DNA of 64,000 nucleotides from Mizuhopecten yessoensis (taxonomy: Eukaryota), in NCBI RefSeq assembly GCF_002113885.1, contig NW_018408567.1:1434233-1498232 (forward strand), in the 5' to 3' direction. This document shows, piece by piece, positions 1 to 12,800 of the stretch. Positions within the stretch are counted from its first letter, which is position 1, and the number at the start of each line of letters is the position of its first letter. Made by a program: the position numbers and the translations under genes. The notes under the pieces are model-generated. The model was not told the DNA's origin. It saw only the letters and a list, made by a program, of their open reading frames with translations, and searched no databases.

Positions 1-2166
1 AACAATCATTACAATCACTACTGGTGTAGATGACCTTTGTTTACTGCTGTACATGTTTTGCAGCCATAAATAAATATAATGTAGAGATGAATGTACCTCA
101 TTGTTAATAAACAATGACGTAGTCCTAACTCAAGGCTGGAAAAAAGAGAACAACAAAAACGATTTTTTTTATTCTTCTATGCTTTGTGGATTCAGTATTA
201 GTAATTTAGATCTATCATATTAAGTAAGTGAATACATGTAGTTTGAACGGGAAGGCATTGTTGTTACCGAACTGTTTTGATAAATTGCTTAGCGACGGAT
301 ATGTTGATGTCTTACCTGTATTGATTTTGGCAGGTTACTAGTTGACTTACCATGTAAAAAAGGGCTGATCTATGTGTGTCACGAGTAATTGAATTCCTAG
401 AACAAACAACTATAAAAAGATCGCTTCCCACTCTCCTTTGGTGTCCTTATGTGTAAATGTTGTGATATATACACATACCGTACCTGTCTGCTACACAAAC
501 GACATATTTAGGTTATATGCTCTGGTAACGTTAATTTTCGAATCGAATGATACATCTGTAAATCTGAAATATTCGGTTTAAACAAAACCAACAACTGGAA
601 CCAGTGATGCAGAAAAAAACGGAAGGATCATGAACACAGCATAAGAAAAGGCAAAACATAGTCTCTGGGAGGGTAAATGTTCCTGTACTTGCAATGGTGT
701 CTGAGATGCTTGTTTAAGTGAATAATATGGTAAATAAACTTTTGAGGTAAAAGGGTAATTGCCTTTTATTAATATCTTACTCTTTGACCGATTTATTTGA
801 TGATATTTGTTGTTTAGAGTATGGTACCATGTGACTTTGATTTATCAAGCCTGGAGGATATGAAGTACAAAATTACAAAGGGAGAGTGCCCATAAGGCCG
901 TTTTTGCCCCTGTACTGCAATTTTATAGAAAGGTACTTCGGCGGTATGCTACTCAAACATATTGCCCGTGATTCGTATTGTTATCTCCCTTCTAAGCAGA
1001 TTTAGTTTTAGACCAGTGCAACTTACCATTCACAAACACACATTGCACTGGTGTACTTTTGTAAACAGTTTACAATGTTGAACTCCTGGAATAGATATTT
1101 TTGTCAGACCAATCAAATAGCTAGCCGAGTGCCACAATTGGCACGACATATTCCAGGGGTTAAAAGAGCGTAATGGAGCGTAACCCCTGAAATATCGAAG
1201 ATGACAATATCTGAAAGACTGCTGTTTCAGATATCTCATGTTACTCATTTCAACTCATAAACGAAACTACTTCAAATCTTTCAAAATCTAGGCTCAAGTC
1301 TATGTTCTCAATGGAATTAAAATGTGCCCATATCACATATTCATGAAATAAATATAAAACGGTTTCCAGATATTTCACTGTTAAGTAGAATAGGTTAGCC
1401 TGACATCCTTACGTCGAGTAAAGTAGAGTTACCAGACATGCATCATTTTATTGCGATCGGCTCTCATGACTTTTTGACACAAAGTATTAAAATAAATTTT
1501 CTTAGCAATGGTTTCATTTGAAACACGTCATGTTATTAAAACACATTACATAGTAATCGACACATGTAATAACAGATAATACATTTTCTACAATGTGTAA
1601 AAAAATAATCGTAAATAGAAATAATACAGTGATATAACTACTCATATTTTTCATTTATCAGCGTTGAGTTGTATTCTATATTAACACAGCCCGAATTTCT
1701 GTAGTTAAAGATGTCTTTTTTATCACTTAATAAAAAAAGGCACGGAGAGGCATTTGCTATTCTCCCATAATTTTATTCCATTGTCTAGATTCCTCGACGC
1801 ATGGATAGTGTTGAATCGTTCACCAATGAGACGAAAATATACTGAAGTGGCCACGTGAAGTGTTTGACCGATATCTCGTCCGGTTGATCTCATGAAAACA
1901 TCATCTGACGTAGAAATTCAAATTTAAACAGTTGACAAAAACAACATAGAAGTTAGTTAAACATTAGAATATAAGATTAGTCACATTACATGTTGCCTGA
2001 ATTCCTTTGCGGATTGTTTCAAAGAAAATTTCTGATTATTGTCTGTCATAGTTGATGAAAAATAAATGATTCGTTAAATCATCACGTTTTAACAAATCAG
2101 GTAGAATAATAACTGTTTGTATGTAGCATGCCCTTCACGGTATCCAGTACATGATTGTCATTTGTT

Positions 2167-2390
2167 TACATGGCGATAAGACTGTCGACACGGTAATTGA
2201 ACTACTGTCGTTTAACGCCTGTCTCTGACGTAGTCTGTTGCGAGCATCTATCTCGTTTTTTTCAGGGTTTCTATAGGTTCCAGGTAGTTCTTTCCTGGTA
2301 GTACCAAGACAGCTTAAACATCATGATTTTGTTTACATTCGGGTTTCGTCCTGCAATCATGATACTTGAGGTTAACGAAGAAGACGCAAA
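2167..2390 (-). pseudogene. Degenerate tandem copy of the 3' end of the CaaX gene
   Basis: 2220-2365 aligns with 2843-2980 (SIMIAGRNPNVNKIMMFKLSW versus SIMIAGRNRSVNEIMTFKMSW). Frameshifted, and the CaaX end is lost (LIAM*). 1870-1990 also matches 2400-2530. Confidence 0.75.
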
Positions 2391-2798
2391 GCGTCGACCG
2401 AATTCTCGTCCGGTTGAACTTATGAAAACATTTTATGACGTAGAAATACAAATATATCAATCTCTGAAGGATGATTTGAATGAAAAAGGTTGCTTGTTAA
2501 ATGTTAGAATAAAAAGTATATCACATAACATATCACACAAAACAACTTGGCGAATTGTTCATCATGCAAAGTTAATTTTCCAATTATTGTTTATAGATTT
2601 ATATACTGTTAAAAAGTACATATCATTTGAGGTCGCTTTAAATGAAACATCAATGCTTCAGCACTTCATCACATTCAAATAAAACAGCTCAAATTATATA
2701 TATACTGAGAAACAACGTGCAGCATGCCTTTTTACTACTAAGCACATGTCCTTGTTTGTCAGTCGGTACAGTTTCTGTACTGTTACAAATTCCATGAT

Positions 2799-3323
2799 CT
2801 ACATGACGGTACAACTGTTGCTAGAGGCCTGTCTCTGTCTTTGTCTCTGACGTAGTCTGTTGCGAGCCTCCATCTCGTTTTTCAGGGTTTTTATTGGTTC
2901 CAGGTAGTTATTTCTCAGCCAGGACATCTTAAATGTCATGATTTCGTTAACACTCCGGTTTCGTCCTGCAATCATGATACTACGGCTGACGACGAAGCGG
3001 TTTTGCACAGCGGTGATCTTGTAAAATGTATTGCTACTGTTACCACACATAGCGTCGTCATGGAAGAATCACTTGTTGATAAGTACGTCAGGAGACAGCA
3101 TCAAGCATATCAGAAAGAGCTGGTCCGTCTCATCTGCCGATAAGGAAGCATAGTTTTGACAGTTCCTCAACCGATTTATATTGGAACCCGCGTCATTGCC
3201 GACCTCCAACACGGAACAGACAGAATTAAGATAGTACATCAGACGGGCTTTTGCGTTATTTGGGATAGACGCCGGTACACTCGTCTTCTCCACTTGCATT
3301 CGAAGACTTCTAAATGCTGCCAT
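2799..3323 (-). CDS. Uncharacterised ~174-aa protein with C-terminal CaaX prenylation motif (CTVM); one in-frame TGA at 3069-3071 (pseudogene, null allele or recoding)
   Basis: ORFs 3069..3335 and 2799..3050 are in the same frame: ...LSPDVLINK*FFHDDAMCG... ATG at 3323 in aagATGg context. Ends with basic RLRQRQRQRQ then SCTVM-stop. Confidence 0.75.
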
Positions 3324-3347
3324 CTTTGTGTCCAATCAACTTCGATC

Positions 3348-3522
3348 CTGTTTGTAGTTATTTGCTTGCTATTGACTTTCACAAGACCTGATGCTAAATG
3401 GAAAGCGATTGCCGCTTGTGATTTTACTTACGTCCTCAGTAATGAAATGTAAAATTTTGACTGTGAAATTGAACGTACATGACACCCTTATATAGCAAAT
3501 CTTGATATCTCCCGGAAAACCC
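3348..3522 (-). promoter_or_regulatory. Core promoter and 5'UTR intron of the CaaX gene
   Basis: TATATAA at 3494-3488 (-); Inr-like ACAGTC ~30 nt downstream; GTAAGT donor near 3431 and aaacAG acceptor near 3348 just before the ATG; kB-like GGGTTTTCC at 3522-3514. Confidence 0.55.
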
Positions 3523-4427
3523 TAGGTCATGACCTCAACATATGCATATCTGGGAACGTTATCAAAAATCAACACGTGAGTACATAGTAGCTAGATATTT
3601 AGGTACCAGGAAGTAACATTATCAGGTGAAACAACAATATACTAATAAATAACCTTCCGCTGCTCAATATTTATGGTTTTAATAAATCCGTATTTCACGT
3701 TTTCTTCACGTTTTCATGATTCTTTTGCGTCAGTGCAATATGATAAACAAACATTAGTAAAAAAAAAATAATACCCAATGGAACATTACAAAATTATGGA
3801 TTGAAGGTGTGGTATTTAGGGGAGTATGCAGACAGAGCAAGGGATACAGTTGCTATTACATTCTTGGGCAGGAGGAACACAACCATGTACAGCAAGGAAA
3901 CGCCCAGAAGTAATGTGGAAGTCAACGCTGTAGAAAATAATGCTAAGTGCTGTATAGAAGGATGGCATACCACCAACAACCACCCACTGGTGTACATATA
4001 ACATACAATTACGTTATCTGATAAAAATACGAGGAAACTGTATCAAAGTAACTTCTACACAAGACAACCACGATCACTTAACCTACAAATGGGATATGAC
4101 AAGGAGATAAATCAATACAATGTGGCCGATATTTTTTCATTTTTTTCATGTTCGACTGTCTAGTTTGGTTGGCAGGTTGCCAGGTGGCTAAGCGGGTAAA
4201 CATTTCTGATATACATATGTACATCAGATACCTAGCTGTAACAAATTATCAAAATATCTTTTTCAATTAACAAACTCTAGTGATAATAGAATACAGATAT
4301 TTTCCTAAAAGTTACCCTTGAGCGCGTATTCATTATTAAGGTTGTTGGTGGATGTGGTATCACTCTTGGTCCCCAGTTCCTCGTTTGTGTTTTCGAATCA
4401 ACACCGAGTTTTAGTTTTACCTTTATA

Positions 4428-5042
4428 CATTTATTGCCCTGGTGTGAGGGAGACCCTAAGAGATGTTTCCCCGATATAAATCATGTTTCCCGTGGGCGAA
4501 GCCCAAGAGAAACATAATTTGTCGAGGGGGAACAACTCTTCAGGTCTCCATCACACCAGAACAATAACTGTTTTATTATTCCGAAATTCCATCTGTGGAG
4601 TCTGTGTTATATACGTATAACAAAAATACATCAACGTTAAGCAATGCAACGATCCCCTGTGTTGTCACTGTTGTGACTGACCTGTTCGCCTTTATTTCAT
4701 TAGGTCTGGTAGTATATATATACTACAAATACTTATCACTTTCAGTGTTTTGATTTTACATCAAATTGAACAACAATTATAGCCCTTCAAGTTCTTCAGC
4801 TGTTGGGAGGTGGAATCTCCCGTTCGCAGTCATTGTTGATGTTTGGGTGTCGTCCGGAACACATCGGGCGTTAGAGAGTCTAACAAAGAGATATCACTCG
4901 TTCGATAATGTGCGAGGGGTTCCGAGAGGGATACTCGACAGGGAAAATGGATCGCGTGAGGGAGACTCGATGTTTTTTAATTCTGTCATGTGATGTGTTT
5001 AAACCAATCAGACACGCTGTAAAATCGATGAGGAATAATAAT
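4428..5042. mobile_element. Non-autonomous Crypton-like element
   Basis: Long hairpin 4432-4567 (ttattgccctggtgtga...tcacaccagaacaataa) centred on GGGCGAAGCCC; ttattattcc/ggaataataa inverted ends; ccaatcaga near the end. Confidence 0.5.
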
Positions 5043-8000
5043 AGGTGTTGGCGCTGTGGTGTATTTTGCCCTTGGATTTTGAAACTAAAAAAATCACGAA
5101 TTCTTTCGATTTTCTATCCAAACGTGTCTCCTTCCATCGTTAAAATCTACAAATGTTTTAGAATCTTCAGTTAAGGAACTGGACGAAGATGACGCAATTT
5201 CCATTTTACATGGTTTCTGCAACAACCTAGTCTATATGTCCCGTGTCGTGCGGTAAACAATGGGCTGACGGCTGGTCTACAAGCATGAAGGTTTGCTAGA
5301 TGTCATCGATTTCTGTAAGTTTAAGTTGAAATCCGCCAACTTAGATGATTTTTCTAGTTGGTATTCAGCTCTACAGCAAAAGAAAACCTATTCCTCTTAG
5401 CCTGTAGAATGATTGTGCGGTCCTGACAGATTGTCGTAAATCTTGGCCTACAATTTGTTGGTGTTTTGCAGACAGAATCACTTGCCTAAGAGCGTTGCCA
5501 CACTCTTCCAATTACACTTTGACTGACAATACAATTTCGGGCCACATGCCAGTTTGAAGCATTCCTTTGGCACTAACAGTCTGCTGCACGTTCAGGTGCC
5601 GCCTTTGAGGCATTTTGTCAATCATAGTCCTAATTCATTAGAGGGATTCACGTCATTTACCAGTAGTGTTTGATGAACATAATATCCAGGTCTCATTTTA
5701 TAATGTTCGGTACATATACAAACTGAGTGCGCTGACTGCCTTTTGTGATGTAGATACAATGTTGCACGTGCACATAAAGATGAAAACAGTTATTTTTAGA
5801 ACAAATAGCAAGCAATTTATTCCCGGCGAATTTTCTTCATTCCTGAAATATGACCCTTAATTTTTTTTCCTGAGTATATTTTGCCCGTATACTGAGGCTG
5901 TGACGTATATTTTGCTTGTGCTTTGAACCTCTGATGTTTATGTAACTAAATATTGATAATGATTATACTGTGTGTGTTGATACTGGTAATAGTTTGCCCA
6001 TGCATGTTGATGCTGTGGTATATCATTTTCTTGGTTTGTTTAATATTGTGTATTAACAATAATATCCTCCTGTCCTGAACTGAGTCTGTGGCATATAATG
6101 GCATATTTGCGGCCTATTGACACCGCTTGCCTAGTTGTACTTGTATGTTGATATTGGTTATATTTTGCCCATGTTGATGCAATGGTATATGTTGTCCTTA
6201 TGTGTTGATATTTTCGTATGTCATTATATGTATATGTGTGTAGAAGACTGATAAATGTTCCTCGAGTATTCGACCTCTGTATTTTGTCGTTATGCTGAGG
6301 CAAATTTCGTCTTTGTGTTTGATTAGAAGCTGTAGTACATATGTTTACTTGCATATTGTCGCTGTGGACTTCTCTAGTCAATATCAAAATACATGAGTCA
6401 CCAGATATCTGTTCATTGAAATCTTTTTAAGAATAGTTTAAACATATTGTATTGCCATACAAAAGAAAAAATGGATATGGCACAAGTTATAATACCATTG
6501 TCAACGCCCCCTCCATTTTAAAGTACAAATATGTGGTGTAATAACGGCTTATATCTAATCACGATGGATTTGGCAAAGTGCCAGACTGTAAAAACGCTCA
6601 AAACTATTGTATCTATTTTATGACGATACCTGGAACTTCTACGTAGCACGTTATTTTGAAGATCTCGAAACAGAGCGCTTAAGAAAGGGATTGCATTCTT
6701 AAAACCACTTATCTAGTACTAGGATTGAGTATATAACTATGGGAATGGTATTGTAACGTCAGTGACCCCTGCACAGTGTCTGCACACCGACACCTCATTA
6801 CCCATGGTGTCCTGGTATGCACTGACATGCACTAGTCACATCTCTTTTGATTTTTTCCCTGATTGAAACCCTATGTAGTATTTCCTGTTTGGTTACAGCC
6901 ATTACAATCACTACTGGTGTTAAGAAACCTTTTTTTACTATACAAGCTTGCAGTCTTGACCGGATGTGTTGAGAGCAATTAGGATTTTGGCATAAAAACC
7001 TGTATTTAGTATGCGTTTTTCGTCTTTTATTCTACAGAATGCGTGTGGTAGATACTGCTTCGTTGCGTGTCGTTTCAGTGCAGTAAAATGACAAACGCTA
7101 GTGAATTAAAAAAGCCACAGAATTGGGAATAACATTGTTTTATGATAAATACGTCAGGCAGATGTACAATCTGTGTTGAAAATGCTGTTAAAAGTTGAAA
7201 ACGAAGTTATGGTGCATGGATAGAAAACGTCGAACTTCATACGAGCCAAAATTATTTCTTCGTCTACATTTCTTTTACTGTATTCACGCTTTCCCCATGC
7301 CTTTTTGTTTTAAAAGCATTCGAAATCTAACAAAAAAATCCTGAGTTTTGATTAATTTTTTTTTTTATTTTTTTCGTTTATTGATGTTAAAAATATCACA
7401 AATATATCAGCATATACATTTAATCTGAAATAACTTGACAAGGTAAAAACGAAAATGACAAGGCAAAAAGTAATTGTTCTTTAATAAACATCATACTTAG
7501 TAAACAAGGTGGGAAATATGACAAAATTTTCTTTCGTGACGTTAAATAATCTTCCTATGACACTACAAATGACTTCAGTAAATTGCGAAATGAATTACAT
7601 TTATTACAAAATATGGTTTGGAGGGTTGATATTTAAAACCTTTTCATTCGTAAATAATTATATGCAGTTTGAACGAGAACATACTGTTGTTATCAGATAC
7701 GTTGCTTAGTTACCTAAGTGGCCTACCTGAATTTGTTTTGGCAGGTAACTTGATGGCTTACCGGGTAAACAAATTGTTGGTCTATGTGCGTCATGAGTAA
7801 CCTAGTTCACAGAACAGCCAACTATAAAGAAGATCTCTTACCGCTTTCATTTTATTATTGTAGGTACATATACAGAATAACGCAGTGACAAAGTAGATGT
7901 GAGCAAATATACTGGAGAACACAGAGAAGCTGCTGTCGACTGCTACAGCACCTAGTCCATTGTCTTCCCTCAATGGCATGCGCGTGCTCAGCATGTGGTG

Positions 8001-9369
8001 GGTCATTCTCGGACACACTTTTGACCATCTCATACAACTTTAAATAACATAACAAATATGTCGACACCAGATAAATTACTCTTAAAGTAGTATTTCATGG
8101 ATACAGTGGAAGCATTAACTTCAGCTATAAGGTTACAGCCAATCTCGGGGACTGAGACCAGCAACGTCATCCAGAATTTACAGTGATAGTCCAAATCTGT
8201 CAGAGTACATACTAGTAATAAATTCTAGCCTTTTTGAGACTGAAACTTGAATGTAGCAACTTATTGTAAGCGAAACCAATTTCAACATATGTTCCATAAT
8301 AGTCAAATACGTAGACTAATATATGATATTATGCCTCATATCATGAAACAGTACACTACGATACATACATATATTATAATAAGAAAGGGACAATTATCTA
8401 AGAATGGCTTTTTTTATAATCTAACACGTGTCATCTGTGAAAAGTTTTCATAACTGAAATCTCCTTAACCCGAAATTTAGTTGATTGAGGGTGTGTTAGA
8501 TGTACAGACATCAGCGTATCCTACTTTGAGGGTTGTTAAATCAATATGGATAAGAAGTGAGCATTTTCTCTTGCAATAAATCAAACCGGTCGGTTTCTGT
8601 TTTAATAGACCGGTTTTAATTCGTCTGTGGCTCCTTCACAAGAGTTCAGTAAGAGTAGTGCATATGAATGTTGTAGAATATAATTATTTTAACTTCTGAA
8701 TGTATTTAAAAGCTGCCATCGCAAAGTGTTCGAACATTTGAATGCTACATGTACTGAGCAATCTCAATCATTGAGTGAACAAAAATGTCGGGCATTGTAA
8801 ACTAACTTTGAACCCGCCTTAACAAAGTGTATGTACGTTTCAAGCATAATGTATTGTGAAATCAACATCAATACGTTTGAATAAATAAATGTATTTTTTA
8901 AAAATAGCCACAAAAAGCGACTGAACGTGTAAACACTAAATGTACTGATATGACCTCATCATTAAAAGTATGTATGGTTTTTAATTATTTAATATATATA
9001 GAAGTCACCATGGACAAGTCATCATCATCAAGTATATGAACGTTTGAAATGTTGAATGTATTTATAAGTTGTCTCCATTATGCGTATGAACTTTTGCCAC
9101 GGGAGCAAGTTTAATGTGTGATTGTGACTACGTTTGTGTGTACCGGAGTTATCTTCCTTCCTATAATCAGTTGATATGAGACATCAAATTATGTTTATAA
9201 ATAAATTATAAACAACGCTTATTTCTTGATTTGTAAATCTAGACGCAACACAAACTGATCATTTATTTGGTTACCATGGGTGAGGGTTGCATTTTATCAA
9301 TGGAATTGATGACTGTCGTCAGAGTTTATAATTGGAAACGAAGCAGGATGTAGGTTGCAACATAGTAAA

Positions 9370-9690
9370 AGACTATATAATATTTTCCCTTTCAAAAGGG
9401 AAAAAAAATTATCACTATATTCAAATTATTCTCTTTGGAAAGGCGCAAAATTTCATTTACAATATTCAATATACCAATTATTCCCCTTGGAAAAGCGCAT
9501 GACACCATTCACCTTGTGTAAATTATTCTCTTGGGAGTGGGCAATTATCAGTATGAGTATAACGAGTATTGCTCTTGAAATCTATTTAAATGTCAGTATG
9601 TATGAGTTTTCCACAATGTTAAAATTATTCTCTCCTTGAGAAGGGGAAAGACTGAATGCGCTTTATTCCAATTGTTCCCATTAGAAATAG
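9370..9690. repeat. Degenerate ~55-bp tandem repeat
   Basis: Recurring aattatt(c)ccct(t/c)ggaaag motif, about 6 copies. Confidence 0.55.
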
Positions 9691-9830
9691 GCAAGACTAC
9701 ATTCACAAGTTTTCAATAAATTTTAACTTAGCGACTCGGAAATGCTGCATTCGTCGCAATCTTTTGATTTTTTGGGGAAGTGCAGAGACTGTTCAGTAAA
9801 TGCAAATTAGAAATACTTTATTTGGATGAT

Positions 9831-12800
9831 TCAGACGGGTTTCGTGGGATCGGTGTAATCTAGATCTGGCGACTCCGACGGCTGCCTTTGGGATTCCGTA
9901 ATACCACGGTCAGACGATTCCGATGGCAGCCTTTGGGATTCCGTAATACCACGGTCAGACGATTCCGACGGCTCCCTTTCGGACTTGGAAATACCGCGGT
10001 CAGATGATTCCGATGGATGCCTTTTGGATTCCGTAATACCACGGTCAGACGATTCCGATGGATGCCTTTGGGATTCCGTAATACCACGGTCAGACGATTC
10101 CGATGGCTGCCTTTGGAATTCAGTAATACCACTGTCAGACGATTCTGACGGCTCCATTTCGGACTTGGTAATACCGCGGTCAGACGATTCCGACGGCTCC
10201 CTTTGGGACTTGGTAATACCGCAGTCAGATGATTTTGATGGCTCCCTTTCGGTGTTGGTAATACCGCGGTCAGGAGATTCCGATTGCTGCGTTTGGGTGT
10301 TGATACTACAGCCGTCAGAAGAGTACGATTGCTGTGTTTGCGATTTACCCATACAGAGGGAGAATACTCTGGTGTTCATCTGGGCATCGCTTTGACTATG
10401 TGAATACACACGGTACCTATTTTGACATAACTTGCAGTGCTTACTTATAATTCGCGTCCGTTATCATTCCAATTCCAGCACTCTCCTTTTTCAGTTGAAT
10501 ATATAGCCATGCATTCTGAAATTCGTTGACCGATATTCATTTCAGTGTCTGGCATTTCTGACAATTCCTTTTCTAAACATGAATACGCGATTTGTCTCTG
10601 ATGCGTACCACCTAGAACCAAGCAATGACGTAACGTGCATATCTTATGAGTGGTGCCAATGGTTTTGCAATTGGGATGTTTAGCTATTGCAATATCGAAG
10701 AATCTTCTTGCATTCAACTCGTCATTCATTGCTAGGTAACAATGCGCTATGGCATTAACAGCCTTGAGGTTCACTGGGTGTTCAGGTGTACACTGTTCCA
10801 GCATGTTTAATGCTTGTTGGTTGTACTCTAAAGCCAGGGAGAAGTTTCCTCTGCAAAGAACAACATGCCAGCATACACCTTTCAATTCTATAATTATGTC
10901 TTTGATCATGTTCCTTATCATCCTCGATACTCCAAGGGTTATGCTCACTTTCACTCTCTACACCCCTGGAATGTGCCATTGTAAAATTGAAGGCACGCAA
11001 CTTGCTATTTGTTGGTCGCAGGACAAAAACTGACCAATCGCTAAGGCCTATACCTGTCCTTTGAAGATTACAGAGAAGCCACCACCGGCTTCAAAGCCAG
11101 TCAATTTGACCTTTACGCGACCGACAGCTTCTTTTGATGTACAACAAATGATCAATCAAGTCTTCTTGTCTCATGCACAAGATGGGACACACTAACCATT
11201 TGATTTAGCTTTAACATATTCCAGGGATGTTGAAAGCGAAAGTGAGTGTACCCCTTGGAGTATCGAGGATGGTTGCGTAAATATCAATTAATTAATTTAG
11301 TTTGTTTTTCCTTTTTGAATAAAAAAGGAAAATAACGGGTTTGCATTGCATTATGAATTGTACTTACATATAATCATATTCTTGATACATTAAACCTTTG
11401 GTTATTTACCACCATGATGGATTTCATTATAGAAATATTTCTCACATTTGCATGTAGACTAATGCGATGTAATAGAGTGTCACTCCTGTGAAATGGTCCA
11501 CCCAGCCATACTGTTTACGGAGTTCAATGGCCTCTTCAAGGGTTTTAAGGGCAGCGTCTGAAGCAAGGAAAACCTCAATCAAATTGTTCTATAAGAGAAT
11601 AGCAACACGTATGTCAGTCATACACTTAGATAGATAAACTTATTAATTCAAATCATCGCTTGGATAAATATGTCCATTCGGAACATTAAGGGTTTTAGAT
11701 GGCAAAGGTTCTGTCTATATTGATACAATGACACAATATTGAAGTTTTGTTTTGGTACATTATTTTGTATTGAAGATTACATCTGAATTATATACAGGTA
11801 GATCTTTGATTCAATTTAAATGTCATTAATATAAATACGTTTTCAGTTATAAATTAACTTATACATATAAAGTTCTCTTACACAATGAGCCGTTAATTAA
11901 TTTTATATTGGTATGAAACACGGTCAGTATACACGTACGTTATTTTTTCGTTATATCCTACTTTATCATACAATGGCATTAATACAAGGGAGAGAAATAC
12001 CGTAGTGGGCAAAATATGATGAAGGCAGTGGCTGCAGATCTTCCAAAACACTAGTTGAAGATTGACAATAGTTTTCAAAGTTTTCAAAATAGACATGATA
12101 TACTTAGTTTAATGTTGGTCTATATTGGCAGTGGCCATATCTTTAGGACCGCAATAAGTGATATAAATCAGTAACATAAATTTTACATTAACCAACTTTC
12201 TGGCTGTTTTACTGGTTGGGTACAACGGCGCATATGGGTAATAATCTTGCATTTGGGTAACAGTTACCCTTTTGAGCAACAACAATTGTATTACTGGAAT
12301 AAGAGTGAAATAAAAACACAAGTTCTTCTAAACGCCAGGAGCAAAAAAAGAATTATTCTTTCAGCAAAATCCAATAATTTACACCATGAAGTTCATTTGT
12401 ACACAAACATTTGTCAATTCTGACGTCTAACTATTTGTGAAAATGGCAAACCATATCAGTGATTTTATTATACACTGACTTCAGTATGTATTCAATATGA
12501 TCATCCAGTGCAAATGTGACAAGTGAGTATGATTTTATCTGTGGGCTATTTATGTGGGCTTCTCAACAACACACTATAAGCAATGGAAGTGATGCAATTG
12601 TATCATNNNNNNNNNNNNNNNNNNNNNNNNNNNNNNNNNNNNNNNNNNNNNNNNNNNNNNNNNNNNNNNNNNNNNNNNNNNNNNNNNNNNNNNNNNNNNN
12701 NNNNNNNNNNNNNNNNNNNNNNNNNNNNNNNNNNNNNNNNNNNNNNNNNNNNNNNNNNNNNNNTAACATTGTAACATTGTTTCATTGTATCATTGTATTG

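Noticed and set aside
2520-2800. SECIS element for the TGA-containing gene
   Set aside because: Hairpins exist (actgacaaacaa...ttgtttctcagt; atgatatgtact...agtatata) but lack the AUGA/GA quartet with correct spacing by eye.
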